A DNA stretch of 64,000 bases from Nitrosopumilus sp. (GCA_965197525.1 OZ240211.1:1536001-1600000), one strand, 5' to 3'. Counted from the stretch's first letter, positions 1 to 10,884 are shown. Made by a program: numbers and translations. Notes: generated by a model from the letters alone, not told the origin.

Positions 1-1
1 C

Positions 2-661
2 TTTGATAAAATTCCCGGATCGTCTTTTACAAATGGAGGTTTTATTAAATTCGGACCTGATGAAAAATTGTACATCGGTACTGGTACTGTGTCTGAGGCA
101 TCTCATCTACCTCAAGATCTTGATTCTCTAGCTGGAAAAATTTTGAGATTAAATGATGATGGTAGCATACCTGATGACAATCCATTTACGGATTCACCTG
201 TATACTCTTTGGGGCACCGAAATCCACAAGGAATGACTTGGAATGATGCAGGAGATATGTTTGTAGCCGAGTCTGGTCCTGAGAAGAATGATGAGATTAA
301 TTTGATTAAACCTGGAAAAAATTATGGATGGCCTGAGCAAGAGTGTTCTGGCAGTGCAGATTTTGAGGACGCGATACTTTGCTATGATCCAAGTATAGAA
401 CCTGGAGGTATCCTGTTTTATTCAGGAGATTCAATTGATCTCAAATCCTCATTTGTAATGGCATCACTGCGAGCGTTTAATCTATACCAACTAGATTTTG
501 AGGAGGGACTAAGTTCTCAAAAATCCATTCTAAGCGGGATAGGGCGTATTCGTGATGTTGCACAAGGTGTTGACGGCAGTCTTTATGTTATTACTTCAAA
601 TACTGATGGGAAAGGTTTTCCTGATAGTACTGATGATAAACTGTTGAAGATAATACAATAA
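2..661 (+). CDS. PQQ-dependent sugar dehydrogenase (glucose/sorbosone dehydrogenase family), 5'-truncated by window edge
   Basis: Frame open from base 2 (FDKIPGSSFTNGGFIKFGPDEKLYIGTG). Motifs GHRNPQG, DEINLIKPGKNYGWP, GRIRDV. Confidence 0.85.
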   Translation, partial: FDKIPGSSFTNGGFIKFGPDEKLYIGTGTVSEASHLPQDLDSLAGKILRLNDDGSIPDDNPFTDSPVYSLGHRNPQGMTWNDAGDMFVAESGPEKNDEINLIKPGKNYGWPEQECSGSADFEDAILCYDPSIEPGGILFYSGDSIDLKSSFVMASLRAFNLYQLDFEEGLSSQKSILSGIGRIRDVAQGVDGSLYVITSNTDGKGFPDSTDDKLLKIIQ

Positions 662-878
662 CGTCTGACTTGTAAGTCTTGAAACTCTGAGAAATAAAGA
701 GAGATGGTACACTGGTATCAGTTGCCGATTTTACTCATCTGTCTCAGGGTGACTTGGTTATCTTGCAATATGGTATAGCGGAACCTAAAGAAGGAAACAT
801 ATCACTTTCTAGAGTAGAAGAGTTAGCTGGGCAGATTTAAACATGCGATTATATACCTAAAAAGTGAAAAGATTAAAA

Positions 879-1856
879 ATGTCTGAAATAAAATTTGCAA
901 TTCCCAAAGGAAGTTTGGAGGAGGCTACTTTCAAGATATTAGAAAAGTCTTGGACTAGAGTTAATCGCAAGAGCAGAACGTATAGAGTTTATCTTGATGA
1001 TCCAAAAATTCTTGTCAAAATGCTTCGTCCTCAAGAGATTCCAATCTTGGTTGCAGAGGGCCTATACGATGTGGGTATTACCGGCAAGGATTGGGTCGGT
1101 GAGACAAATTCAGATGTTGAACCCATCTTAGATTTAGAGTATGGTAAAATTAAACTAGTTGTTGCATTCCCTGATAAATATCGGTACAAAAATCTCGACG
1201 AGATGATTGCAGACTATGCTATAAAGAAGAAGACGCTTCGTATCTCTTCTGAGTATCTTACCACTGCATCAAAATTTCTAAAACAATCTACATCTTACAA
1301 AAAATACTATGGGACTACTGATCCATTAATTGTAACACCCTGGGTTAGATTAGGCAATAACAAAAATGTACAAATTCATCTCTCATTTGGAGCAACAGAA
1401 GCCAAACCCCCAGAAGACGTTGACGCAATAATGGATGTTACTGAAACTGGTACAACACTTAGACAAAACAAACTAAAAATTGTCGATAAAGTACTTACAT
1501 CCACTGCACATTTGATAATAAATAAAAGATCACTAAAAGATCCCAAAAAACGTGAAAAGATATTCGATATTGTAACTCTTATGCGGGGCGCTGTTCATGG
1601 AAGAAAACATTTACACATTTATCTAAATGTTGAAGAAAAAAATCTCAAAAAACTTCTCGCTCAGATGCCTTCTCTGAAGAAACCTACCATATCTCCATTA
1701 AGCGAAGAGGGCTGGTTTGGTGTCAACGCTATTATTAAAAAAGAAGAGTTCCACAAACTTATCCCTAAACTCAGACAAGTTGCTCAAGGTCTAGTAGTTC
1801 ATGAACCAAGGCAAATACTGGATCTTGAGGAGATAAAACGTGATGAAGAGAATTGA
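879..1856 (+). CDS. hisG: ATP phosphoribosyltransferase (long form)
   Basis: KFAIPKGSL, LRPQEIP, DVGITGKDWV, GATEA, DAIMDVTETGTTLRQNKL, C-terminal regulatory domain. First gene of his cluster; ATG 879 preferred over GTG 864. Confidence 0.95.
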   Translation: MSEIKFAIPKGSLEEATFKILEKSWTRVNRKSRTYRVYLDDPKILVKMLRPQEIPILVAEGLYDVGITGKDWVGETNSDVEPILDLEYGKIKLVVAFPDKYRYKNLDEMIADYAIKKKTLRISSEYLTTASKFLKQSTSYKKYYGTTDPLIVTPWVRLGNNKNVQIHLSFGATEAKPPEDVDAIMDVTETGTTLRQNKLKIVDKVLTSTAHLIINKRSLKDPKKREKIFDIVTLMRGAVHGRKHLHIYLNVEEKNLKKLLAQMPSLKKPTISPLSEEGWFGVNAIIKKEEFHKLIPKLRQVAQGLVVHEPRQILDLEEIKRDEEN

Positions 1857-3139
1857 TACGTACAATTACTGTAACTAGTGTTGAAAAGTTTGTAGAAAAA
1901 ACTCTCTCAAAGTCTTCTTCTATCTCTCCAGATACCAAAGCCCTAGTTGAATCAATTATACGGGATATTAAAAAAAATGGAGATATTGCAGTTAAAAAAT
2001 ACGAAAAAAAATTTACAGGTGCCAATATCCGCTCGTTACGCGTTTCTCAAACGGAGATAAAAAATGCATACTCTAAAATCTCAAAATCAGAGATTGCAGC
2101 ATTACATTTAGCAAAAGATCGGCTCACAAATACAGAGATCGTCATAAAATCTCTGCTAAAAGACAGGATGATTAATAACGATAGCGGAATACAGATATCT
2201 AAAAAATTCATTCCGATTCAAAGTGTAGGCTGTTATGTTCCGGGTGGCTTGGCACGATATCCTAGCTCTGCTATAATGTCTGTTGTTCCTGCAAAAATTG
2301 CTGGCGTGCCAAGAATCGTTGTTGTATCGCCACCTGACTCTGACGGAAACATAAATCCATTAACAGTTGTTGCAGCAGATATCTGTGGTGCAACAGAGGT
2401 ATACAAGACTGGCGGTGCACAGTCAATTGCTGCGTTGTCGTATGGTACAAAGTGCATCACACGAGTTGACAAGATAGTAGGTCCGGGCAGCGCAGTTGTA
2501 TCCATGGCAAAATCTTTGTCAAGTGAGAATACCGGAATTGATATGCATGCTGGTCCTACTGAACTGGGAATTATCGCAGATAGCTCTGCCAATCCAAAAT
2601 TTGTAGCATTAGATCTAATCTCACAGGCAGAGCATAGTAGTGATACGGTATGCTATTTGATTACAACATCAAAAAGACTTGCAAAAGCAGTTGACAACTA
2701 TCTCGACAAGTTAGTTCCCCAAGTTCAAAGAAACGATCTTGTTGAATCCAGCCTAAAAAATAATGGATTTATTGCTATCTGTAAGACTCGTTCTGATGTA
2801 ATCTCGCTTGTCAATCGTCTGGCACCAGAACACCTGGAGATAATGACTCGAGATCCTGAATCACTGTCATCGAAAATTTATTCTCCCGGACTAGTCTTAC
2901 TAGGTGATCATACTCCCTCGTCTGTATCTGATTATATTTTGGGATCAAACCACATACTGCCTACTGGTGGATTTGGCAAGATTCGAGGCTCGCTTTCTAT
3001 TTTAGATTTTCTAAAGGTGCACACTACAGTTACATCATCCAAAAAATCGCTATCCCGAATTTCAGAGCCTCTTTACATTTTGACTCAAGCTGAAGAACTT
3101 CCAAACCATTATCAAGCACTTAGGGGGAGATTAGAATGA
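1853..3139 (+). CDS. hisD: Histidinol dehydrogenase
   Basis: VGCYVPGG, GGAQSIAAL, DKIVGPG, IDMHAGPTE, DLISQAEH, APEHLEI, GSNHILPTGG. Confidence 0.96.
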   Translation: MIRTITVTSVEKFVEKTLSKSSSISPDTKALVESIIRDIKKNGDIAVKKYEKKFTGANIRSLRVSQTEIKNAYSKISKSEIAALHLAKDRLTNTEIVIKSLLKDRMINNDSGIQISKKFIPIQSVGCYVPGGLARYPSSAIMSVVPAKIAGVPRIVVVSPPDSDGNINPLTVVAADICGATEVYKTGGAQSIAALSYGTKCITRVDKIVGPGSAVVSMAKSLSSENTGIDMHAGPTELGIIADSSANPKFVALDLISQAEHSSDTVCYLITTSKRLAKAVDNYLDKLVPQVQRNDLVESSLKNNGFIAICKTRSDVISLVNRLAPEHLEIMTRDPESLSSKIYSPGLVLLGDHTPSSVSDYILGSNHILPTGGFGKIRGSLSILDFLKVHTTVTSSKKSLSRISEPLYILTQAEELPNHYQALRGRLE

Positions 3140-4230
3140 AGACGAAGAAGAAGACGAAGAAGAATAATGATTGGCTTGATGAAAAACTAAAACGATTTTC
3201 TGAACTTGGCGGTTATCAAAAACCTGAACTCGTTTTAGATTCAATGAAGCTTGATTCAAACGAAAATTATGCCATACCAAAACAATTTCAAAATGATATA
3301 CTATCTACTGCAAAAAAAAGTTCTGATATTCGCGCATATCCACTTGGTAGAATAGAGCAGCTAACTGCAGCAATAGCTAAATTTGTTCAGGTACCTTCAT
3401 CAATGATTGGCGTAGGCAACGGTTCTGATCAAATTTTAGATCTTATTTTGCTACATTTTGCATCAAGAAAGACCAAAATTCTTACATGTAATCCAACATT
3501 TGGGTTTTTTGAACAGCGCTGTAAATTGTACGGCATCCCGCTAATTGCTATTGCATTTTCTGACGATATGACGTTAAATGTCAAAGAGTTTTTAAAACAA
3601 TCTGGTAATGCAGACATTCTTTATCTTGATTCTCCAAACAATCCTACAGGATTCCAATTCTCAAAGAACGAACTACGAAGACTTGTAAAGGCCTTTAACG
3701 GTCTTGTGATAATTGATGAAGCTTATGGGGAGTTTAGTGATTATTCTCTTTTAGGCATGACTAAAACCCTGAAAAATCTTATAGTTGTTCGAACCGTGTC
3801 AAAATCGTTTGGTCTGGCAGGCTTGAGGCTGGGATACTTTATTGCAAACAAGAGATTTACTAGCATCTTTATGGATGTCTTACAGTATCCGTATCCTCTA
3901 AGTGCCATTACTATAGAATCTGGAATTGAGGCTCTAAAGAAATCAAACACTGTGAAAGACGCAGTAGGTTTAATCAAAACTGAGCGCGAACGAATCATTA
4001 CAACTTTACGACAATACGATACTTTTGAGGTATTTGACTCTACAGCTAATTTTGTACTCTTTGATGCTTGTGGTTACTATCAACGCGTCTATTCTGCATT
4101 ATCAGAACAAGGAATCTTGATTCGTAAACTAGGCAAGATTGGAAGTCATAAAGGGTGTCTCAGAGTCACCGTCGGAACTAAGGAGATGAATTCTAAATTC
4201 TTATTGGCCATTCGCGATTTATTGGTATGA
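3136..4230 (+). CDS. hisC: Histidinol-phosphate aminotransferase
   Basis: GNGSDQ, SPNNPTG, IIDEAYGEF, RTVSKSFGLAGLRLGY, CLRVTVG. Confidence 0.95.
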   Translation: MKTKKKTKKNNDWLDEKLKRFSELGGYQKPELVLDSMKLDSNENYAIPKQFQNDILSTAKKSSDIRAYPLGRIEQLTAAIAKFVQVPSSMIGVGNGSDQILDLILLHFASRKTKILTCNPTFGFFEQRCKLYGIPLIAIAFSDDMTLNVKEFLKQSGNADILYLDSPNNPTGFQFSKNELRRLVKAFNGLVIIDEAYGEFSDYSLLGMTKTLKNLIVVRTVSKSFGLAGLRLGYFIANKRFTSIFMDVLQYPYPLSAITIESGIEALKKSNTVKDAVGLIKTERERIITTLRQYDTFEVFDSTANFVLFDACGYYQRVYSALSEQGILIRKLGKIGSHKGCLRVTVGTKEMNSKFLLAIRDLLV

Positions 4231-5201
4231 CTTTGCAGGAAAAATTCAAAGGAGTTTACGTTGATGATTCTAAAATCAATATTCTAAATAAAGTTGATTC
4301 CATAATCTTTGATTGCGATGGGGTTTTAATTGATGTTACTAAATCATACGATCAAACAATTGCTAAAACAGTCCAATACATATTGAAAAATTTTGCAAAC
4401 ATTAATGATGCAATAAATGTAGATTTTAAAATTATTGATGGATTCAAATCCACTGGCGGATTTAACGATGAAGTGGATTTGACTTATGCCGTCATACTGT
4501 CTTTAGTTGCTGCAAAAACATTGCAAAGAGATCAAACAAGTTTTATATTTGATGTTATAGACAATGCGGATTCTAATGGCATTACTACTGTTGAGCGTTA
4601 TATTGAAGATTTAGTTGATATATCTGACATTAAACAAAAACTATCATATCCTGATACACATAAACAAAATCCGTTATCATCTATATTTGATCAGCTCTTT
4701 TACGGTCCTGAATTATATCAGGAATTATTTAAAAAACCATCTAATTTTTCAGAGCTGGGATTAATTACACAAGATAATGTTATTTTAAACGATTCACTTG
4801 TTGCACAATTACGAAAAAAATTTAAATCAAAAATTGCCATGGTCACCGGTAGGGGCAACATGTCTGCAAGCTATTCGTTAAAGACATTATTTTCAGAGTT
4901 TGATCTTGACCATTCAGTGTTTCTTGAGGATGAGCCAAGAGCGATGGCAAAACCCAACCCTCAAGCATTATTGAACTGTATCCGAGGATTAAATAGTACT
5001 CTTGCCCTTTATCTTGGAGATTCAATGGAAGATTTCATTATGGCAAAAAAGGTAACAACACTAGGCTGTAATACTGTATTTTGTGGAATTATCGGCACAA
5101 GTCAGGATCCACAGGCAAAACTAGAGCTATTTGAGCAAAATGATGCTATTTTAGCATTGGATTCGATTCATTTACTACCAAAGGTATTAAATTTAGAGTG
5201 A
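4227..5201 (+). CDS. HAD-superfamily hydrolase, candidate histidinol-phosphate phosphatase
   Basis: HAD motif I FDCDGVLID, motif II VTGR, AKPNP, GDSMED. Lies between hisC and hisB and overlaps the hisC stop. Confidence 0.8.
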   Translation: MTLQEKFKGVYVDDSKINILNKVDSIIFDCDGVLIDVTKSYDQTIAKTVQYILKNFANINDAINVDFKIIDGFKSTGGFNDEVDLTYAVILSLVAAKTLQRDQTSFIFDVIDNADSNGITTVERYIEDLVDISDIKQKLSYPDTHKQNPLSSIFDQLFYGPELYQELFKKPSNFSELGLITQDNVILNDSLVAQLRKKFKSKIAMVTGRGNMSASYSLKTLFSEFDLDHSVFLEDEPRAMAKPNPQALLNCIRGLNSTLALYLGDSMEDFIMAKKVTTLGCNTVFCGIIGTSQDPQAKLELFEQNDAILALDSIHLLPKVLNLE

Positions 5202-5233
5202 TGATGATACAGATTAGATAATCTGTGAGAAAT

Positions 5234-5824
5234 ATGGCACTGGCAAGAAAGGCATCATCTAAACGAGACACAAAAGAGACTAGCATCAAAGTGTCTGTAA
5301 ATTTAGATGGTACAGGGCAGGTAAAAGTCAAGACCGGGATAGACTTTCTTGATCACTTGATTACGTCTTTTGGAAAACACGCCATGTTGGATCTTGTAGT
5401 CGATGCCAAGTCAAATGACCGTATTGCACACCATTTGATAGAAGATACTGCAATTACACTTGGCCAAACAATTGACAAGGCATTAAGCTCTAGAAAAAAC
5501 ATTACAAGATTTAGCTATGCCTCTGTCCCAATGGATGAATCGCTTGCAGAAGCTTCAGTTGATCTGGTAAGACGTCCATTCTGGAAACTGACTCTATTAA
5601 TTAAACAAAATAAAATTGAGGATGTCGCACAAGAAGATCTTGAACACTTTTTCCAATCACTACTCCAAAATCTTAACAGCTGTATTCATCTTACTGTAAA
5701 GTATGGAGATAATGATCATCACAAAGTGGAAGCTGCAATAAAATCACTAGCAGTTGCATTTAGATACGCATCAACAAAAGATAAAAAACAGAAAGGTGTT
5801 CCAAGTACAAAAGGTTCTATGTAA
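5234..5824 (+). CDS. hisB: Imidazoleglycerol-phosphate dehydratase (monofunctional)
   Basis: [50 protein letters not shown]. Confidence 0.96.
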   Translation: MALARKASSKRDTKETSIKVSVNLDGTGQVKVKTGIDFLDHLITSFGKHAMLDLVVDAKSNDRIAHHLIEDTAITLGQTIDKALSSRKNITRFSYASVPMDESLAEASVDLVRRPFWKLTLLIKQNKIEDVAQEDLEHFFQSLLQNLNSCIHLTVKYGDNDHHKVEAAIKSLAVAFRYASTKDKKQKGVPSTKGSM

Positions 5825-6429
5825 TGACCAAGGTTGCAATTTTTGACTATGGTGCTGGAAATATCTTTAGTCTGAAAAACTCACTTCAAAAATCAGGTGC
5901 AACAGTAGACGTGATTACCAACTTTGATAAACCTAACGTATATTCTGGTCTGTTGTTGCCAGGTGTTGGCAACTTTGATCCTGCAATCCATAGCATAAGA
6001 AATCTCTCCAAAATTCAGTTTCATGAATATGCAAATGATATCCCTGTATTCGGAATATGTCTTGGGATGGAGATGTTCTTTGGAAAAAGCCAAGAGGGTA
6101 ATCTGTCAGGATTAGATGTAATTAATGGTGAGGTAGTAATACTTCCATCCTCTATGAAAGTGCCTCATATGGGGTGGAACAGTCTTGAGATAAGAGAATC
6201 CGGAAAAATTCTTCAAGACGTTCCTGATGACTCTTGGGTGTATTTTGTCCATTCATACATGGCAAAACCTACATCTGATGATGTCATTACTGCCAAATCC
6301 GACTATGGAATCAAGATTCCTGCAGTTGTCGAGTACAAAAATTTCTTTGGAACCCAGTTCCATCCTGAGAAATCAGGCACAATTGGCAAAACCATGATAA
6401 AGAATTTTCTCAAAGAGTGTCAAAAATGA
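5824..6429 (+). CDS. hisH: Imidazole glycerol phosphate synthase, glutaminase subunit
   Basis: DYGAGN, LPGVGNF, GICLGM, VPHMGWN, YFVHSY, QFHPEKSG. Confidence 0.96.
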   Translation: MTKVAIFDYGAGNIFSLKNSLQKSGATVDVITNFDKPNVYSGLLLPGVGNFDPAIHSIRNLSKIQFHEYANDIPVFGICLGMEMFFGKSQEGNLSGLDVINGEVVILPSSMKVPHMGWNSLEIRESGKILQDVPDDSWVYFVHSYMAKPTSDDVITAKSDYGIKIPAVVEYKNFFGTQFHPEKSGTIGKTMIKNFLKECQK

Positions 6430-7133
6430 AAGTAATTCCTGCCATTGATCTAATGGATAACCAAGTGGTTAGACTGTACAAAGGCGATCCCAACAAAAAG
6501 ACCGTATACAGTAGCAAGCCAGTTGATACTGCAAAACAATGGGAGTCTGACGGTGCAGATATGCTCCATTTAGTAGATCTTGACGCTACATTGGGGCGTG
6601 GCTCAAATCTTGATACTATTCAAGAGATTGCCTCTTCTGTATCAATTCCTATCCAAGTTGCAGGAGGATTAAGAGACGAATCCCTTGTCATGACAGTATC
6701 TGAATTTTCTCCACGACTTGTACTGGGAACCATGGCCTTTAAAGACAAGCCACTTTTAAAATCACTGCTATCTAAACTAGGTCCAGAAAAAATTGTGATA
6801 TCAGCTGATCATGTAGATGGACATATTGTAATTAATGGATGGCAAAAAAACACAGAAATACCTTTAATCCCTGCAGTTAAGGAATTTCTTGATATGGGAT
6901 TTACTGAATTTCTGTTAACTGATGTTAGTCGTGATGGAACACTTTGTGGACCTGATCTAAACTTCTTAGCCGAGGCATGCGCATTACCTAAATCAAATGT
7001 AATTGCAAGTGGCGGCATATCAAATTCCAATGACATTAAAAATGTCAGAGAGCAAGATGCATTTGGTGTCATTTTAGGAAAGGCCCTATATGAGAATAAA
7101 ATTTCGATTGGAGATGCAAAAAAACTATCATGA
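6426..7133 (+). CDS. hisA: ProFAR isomerase
   Basis: VIPAIDL, LHLVDLD, QVAGGLR, TDVSRDGT, ASGGIS, GKALYE. Confidence 0.95.
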   Translation: MKVIPAIDLMDNQVVRLYKGDPNKKTVYSSKPVDTAKQWESDGADMLHLVDLDATLGRGSNLDTIQEIASSVSIPIQVAGGLRDESLVMTVSEFSPRLVLGTMAFKDKPLLKSLLSKLGPEKIVISADHVDGHIVINGWQKNTEIPLIPAVKEFLDMGFTEFLLTDVSRDGTLCGPDLNFLAEACALPKSNVIASGGISNSNDIKNVREQDAFGVILGKALYENKISIGDAKKLS

Positions 7134-7933
7134 CGTTAACTAAGAGAATAATTCCTTGTTTGGATGTTAAAAATGGCCGTGTAGTAAAGGGATTGAATTT
7201 TGAATCAATCAAAGACGCAGGCGATCCTGTAGAACTGGCAGAAAAATACAGCAATGAGGGTGCTGACGAACTAGTCTTTTTAGACATTACAGCATCTGAT
7301 GAACAACGTGTGACTATCACAGAACTAGTCAGACAAGTGGCATCCGTAATTGATATCCCGTTTACCGTGGGTGGTGGCATCCGTTCCCTGGAGGATGCAA
7401 GAAATATCCTACTCTCTGGCGCAGATAAAGTCGGAATTAACACTGCTGCAATAAAAACCCCTCATGTCATTACAGAGCTCATGAAATTATTTGGTCGTCA
7501 GTGTATTGTGGTTGCAATTGATGCAAAAAGAAATTACAACATTGACAATACAAAAAATCTTTTTAGTTTATCTGGGAAGAAATTCTGGTTTGAAGTTTTT
7601 ATTTATGGTGGAAAAAAAGGAACTGGAACTGATGCAATTGCTTGGGCAAAAGACGCAGAAGAGTTAGGTGCAGGAGAGATTCTCCTTACCAGTATTGATA
7701 GGGATGGAACAAAAGATGGTTATGACACCCTACTGACCCGGACTGTTGTTGATGCAGTCTCTATTCCTGTTATTGCATCAGGTGGATGTGGGACACCAAA
7801 CGATATGGTCAATATATTTAAAGAATCAGATGTAGATGCAGCCCTTGCGGCCTCTATATTTCACTATGATACACATGGCATACGGACTGTCAAATCATTT
7901 TTGAAGAGTAAAGGCGTTCCTGTACGATTATAA
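7130..7933 (+). CDS. hisF: Imidazole glycerol phosphate synthase, cyclase subunit
   Basis: [58 protein letters not shown]. Confidence 0.97.
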   Translation: MTLTKRIIPCLDVKNGRVVKGLNFESIKDAGDPVELAEKYSNEGADELVFLDITASDEQRVTITELVRQVASVIDIPFTVGGGIRSLEDARNILLSGADKVGINTAAIKTPHVITELMKLFGRQCIVVAIDAKRNYNIDNTKNLFSLSGKKFWFEVFIYGGKKGTGTDAIAWAKDAEELGAGEILLTSIDRDGTKDGYDTLLTRTVVDAVSIPVIASGGCGTPNDMVNIFKESDVDAALAASIFHYDTHGIRTVKSFLKSKGVPVRL

Positions 7934-7956
7934 TAGATACTTTATGCTATTCCACC

Positions 7957-8286
7957 ATGGAAAAAACCATCGATGATATTGATTTTGAAAAAAGCGGCGG
8001 TCTTGTTCCAGTCATTGTTCAGGATGCCGCTACAAAAGATGTTCTTACCTTGGCATATGCAAACAAGGAAGCGCTCAATCTTGCTCAAAAATCTGGGAAT
8101 TCTTGGTTTTGGAGCAGATCTAGAGACAAACTTTGGATGAAGGGAGAAGAGTCTGGAAACACTCAAAGGATTAAAGAGATTCGAGTTGATTGCGATCTTG
8201 ATGCTATAATATATCTTGTTGAACCATCAGGACCTGCATGTCATTTGGGTAAACGTGTATGTTTTCATAATTCGTTAGAAAAATAA
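7957..8286 (+). CDS. hisI: Phosphoribosyl-AMP cyclohydrolase (no fused HisE domain)
   Basis: WSRSRDKLWMKGEESGN, DCDLDA, GPACHLG; only 109 aa. Confidence 0.95.
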   Translation: MEKTIDDIDFEKSGGLVPVIVQDAATKDVLTLAYANKEALNLAQKSGNSWFWSRSRDKLWMKGEESGNTQRIKEIRVDCDLDAIIYLVEPSGPACHLGKRVCFHNSLEK

Positions 8287-8291
8287 TTTTA

Positions 8292-8855
8292 CTAGCATAC
8301 TGGCATATATTCTTCTTCATCACCTGGAAGAATCTCGCTTGTAATCTTAAACTCTAAACTGGGATAACTTGTACCTCTAAACACAACTTGCCAATCTCCA
8401 ACAAACGCATCTATTGTACAATAATCTTCAATTGCCGAAAGCTGTGGTTGTAGATAATAGTTGAAATCTGGTCTATCTGAACCATCAAATGGAATAGTTA
8501 GATACACAGATTTGTGTGTGTCATTTAACGGTCTGAGAAACGCTATCTGACCTTTTTCATCTAATTGCAGATTACCGATTCTGACAAAAATTTTCTCTCC
8601 TATTATATATTCACTCCTATCAACTTGGAAGGGTCCTGACGTTATCCATTCTCTCTTTTTAGGTGTATATGTATTTTTGACATCCGTACCGTTAATGTCG
8701 TTGGTTTTATTTTCTATTTTCGGTACTTCTTTTTTGTCAATTCCATCTGTTGTGTCAAATCCTTGAGTAGATATGATTATTATTATTCCAATTACAATAA
8801 CTATGCCAATGCCTATTGGAATCAAGATTTTGCTGTTCACATTTTTCTTTGTCAT
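8292..8855 (-). CDS. Hypothetical membrane-anchored protein
   Basis: 187-aa ORF with N-terminal hydrophobic anchor (ILIPIGIGIVIVIGIIIII). Confidence 0.7.
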   Translation of the reverse strand: MTKKNVNSKILIPIGIGIVIVIGIIIIISTQGFDTTDGIDKKEVPKIENKTNDINGTDVKNTYTPKKREWITSGPFQVDRSEYIIGEKIFVRIGNLQLDEKGQIAFLRPLNDTHKSVYLTIPFDGSDRPDFNYYLQPQLSAIEDYCTIDAFVGDWQVVFRGTSYPSLEFKITSEILPGDEEEYMPVC

Positions 8856-9388
8856 GGTAATAACTAAAAATCTTTCTCAAAATTAACAAATTGTGTAGTG
8901 CCAAATATCGTAATTTTAGTCAGTGCCAAAATATTCTTTTAACTAGTCTACTATCATATTTTTATCACAATTACTTTTTTTTATCTTTAGTTTGATGATA
9001 TATTGCAGCATCATAATATTTCAGATGATGTGTTGAATCTGTTAGTGATACAGAACCATTTGTATCTCTCTAACTATTTGTTACCATCATGTATTCCAAC
9101 TACATGTTCGTCTAGTAACAAAATTACAATATCTGCCGTCTTTGTATCTAGTCGACAGACAGGTGTCTGAATATTACTTTAACTCATAGTAGTTCTCAGT
9201 ATCGCCTCTTTTTGAATAATTTAGTATAATATTTTGATCTTTCATAATTTTTTTCACTAAATTTTATTTTTTTAACAATTTTTTCTTTCAGATCTCTCTT
9301 TCTTACTATATTTTTTCCCTGTAAAAATTAAGTATTGCTTAGCTTGATATTAGGATTTTTTATCTATACCATAACGGAAGGAAGAACA

Positions 9389-10603
9389 TTGACTAGAATA
9401 TCATTACAGTGCAGAGAATGTAAACGAGAGTACGAATCTACGTTCAAGTATATCTGTGATGACTGTTTTGGTCCCCTAGATGTAAAGTATGACTTTCCAT
9501 CCATTACCAAGGATACGTTTACTGGTCGTGAGAATACATACTGGAGATACTTTGAGTTACTGCCAATAGAGAATAAATCAAATATTATCAGTATTGGCAC
9601 TGGAATGACTCCGTTAACTAAAGCAGACAAACTAGGAGAGCAATTAGGACTGAAAAACCTCTATATCAAAAACGACTCTGTAAATCCTACATTTTCATTT
9701 AAAGATAGACCTGCAGGAGTTGCAGTATCCAAAGCAAAAGAATTTGGTCTACCTGCAGTTGGATGTGCATCAACTGGAAATCTGGCATCAGCTACTGCAG
9801 CTCATGCAGCCAAAGGCAGATTTCCTTGTCACATATTTGCCCCCAGTGATATCGAAATGGCAAAGATTACTCAAGCCTTGTCGTATGGTGGAAATTATGT
9901 AGCAGTTAAAGGAACATATGATGATGCGAATAGAATAGCTGCACAAATTGGTGATAGTCGTGGTTTTGGTATTGTAAATATTAATTTACGCTCTTATTAT
10001 GTTGAGGGCTCGAAAACTTTTTCATACGAGGTAGCCGAACAGCTTGACTGGCAAGTTCCTGATCAGCTGATAGTACCTGTTGGCAGTGGAGCAATGCTAA
10101 ATGCAATATGTAAAGGATTCGAAGAGTTACAAACTGTATCATTACTTGATGATGTTTCAAACATGCACATGATAGCTGCACAGGCACATGGATGCGCACC
10201 AGTGGTTGATGCATTTAAGAAAAATAGCAACGAGGTCATTCCAGTTGAGAATCCTGATACTGTTGCAAAAAGTTTAGCCATTGGTGATCCAGGCGATGGG
10301 AGATATGTTTTAAAGCGTCTAGCTCAATACAATGGTTTTGCTGAAGAATCAAACAATCAGGAGATTCTTGATGCAATACTCTTACTTGCAAAAACTGAGG
10401 GAATATTCACAGAACCTGCAGGTGGCGTAGCAGTGGCTGTTCTTAAAAAAATGGTAGAACAAGGAAAGATTGATTCAAATGAGAAAGTTGTATGCTACAT
10501 TACTGGTAATGGTCTAAAGGCAACTGATTCAATCATGAGCGTTCTAAGTAAACCAACATCGATGAATGCAGATATTAAAGAAATATCGGCGGTGGTTAAT
10601 TAA
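9389..10603 (+). CDS. thrC: Threonine synthase family PLP enzyme
   Basis: N-terminal CxxC...CxxC, NPTFSFKDR (PLP lysine), CASTGN, VPVGSG, IFTEPAGG, ITGNGLK. TTG 9389 preferred over the longer ORF start. Confidence 0.9.
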   Translation: MTRISLQCRECKREYESTFKYICDDCFGPLDVKYDFPSITKDTFTGRENTYWRYFELLPIENKSNIISIGTGMTPLTKADKLGEQLGLKNLYIKNDSVNPTFSFKDRPAGVAVSKAKEFGLPAVGCASTGNLASATAAHAAKGRFPCHIFAPSDIEMAKITQALSYGGNYVAVKGTYDDANRIAAQIGDSRGFGIVNINLRSYYVEGSKTFSYEVAEQLDWQVPDQLIVPVGSGAMLNAICKGFEELQTVSLLDDVSNMHMIAAQAHGCAPVVDAFKKNSNEVIPVENPDTVAKSLAIGDPGDGRYVLKRLAQYNGFAEESNNQEILDAILLLAKTEGIFTEPAGGVAVAVLKKMVEQGKIDSNEKVVCYITGNGLKATDSIMSVLSKPTSMNADIKEISAVVN

Positions 10604-10884
10604 TGGCAAGTATAAAGTTCATAATTCCATCTGTACTAAATCAAGGAAATGGGGAAAAATCACTAGATCTTGAGGCTGATTCAATAACTGATGTGTTCCT
10701 TAAAATTTCTGAGCAGTTAGGAGACGACTTTAAGAGGAGAGTGCTAGAAGGTGATGGAACCACTCCACGTTCACTGATTAATATCTATATCAATGGAAAG
10801 AACGCAAAATTCTCTGACGGTATAAACACTGTTCTTAATTCAGGTGATGAAGTTTACATTCTACCTGCCGTTGCTGGCGGGTAG
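10603..10884 (+). CDS. MoaD/ThiS-family ubiquitin-like sulfur carrier (SAMP-like) ending in free Gly-Gly
   Basis: INIYINGKN...DEVYILPAVAGG followed by TAG; beta-grasp signature; overlaps thrC stop. Confidence 0.9.
   Translation: MASIKFIIPSVLNQGNGEKSLDLEADSITDVFLKISEQLGDDFKRRVLEGDGTTPRSLINIYINGKNAKFSDGINTVLNSGDEVYILPAVAGG

Noticed and set aside
691-840. Startless open frame (DGTLVSVADFTHLSQGDL...LAGQI*) before hisG
   Set aside because: It may be the 3' stump of a deleted gene, but I cannot assign a family without a search.
8900-9250. Possible decayed minus-strand gene (IQTPVCRLDTKTADIVILLLDEHVVGIHDG)
   Set aside because: Short, stop-ridden and with no recognisable motif.
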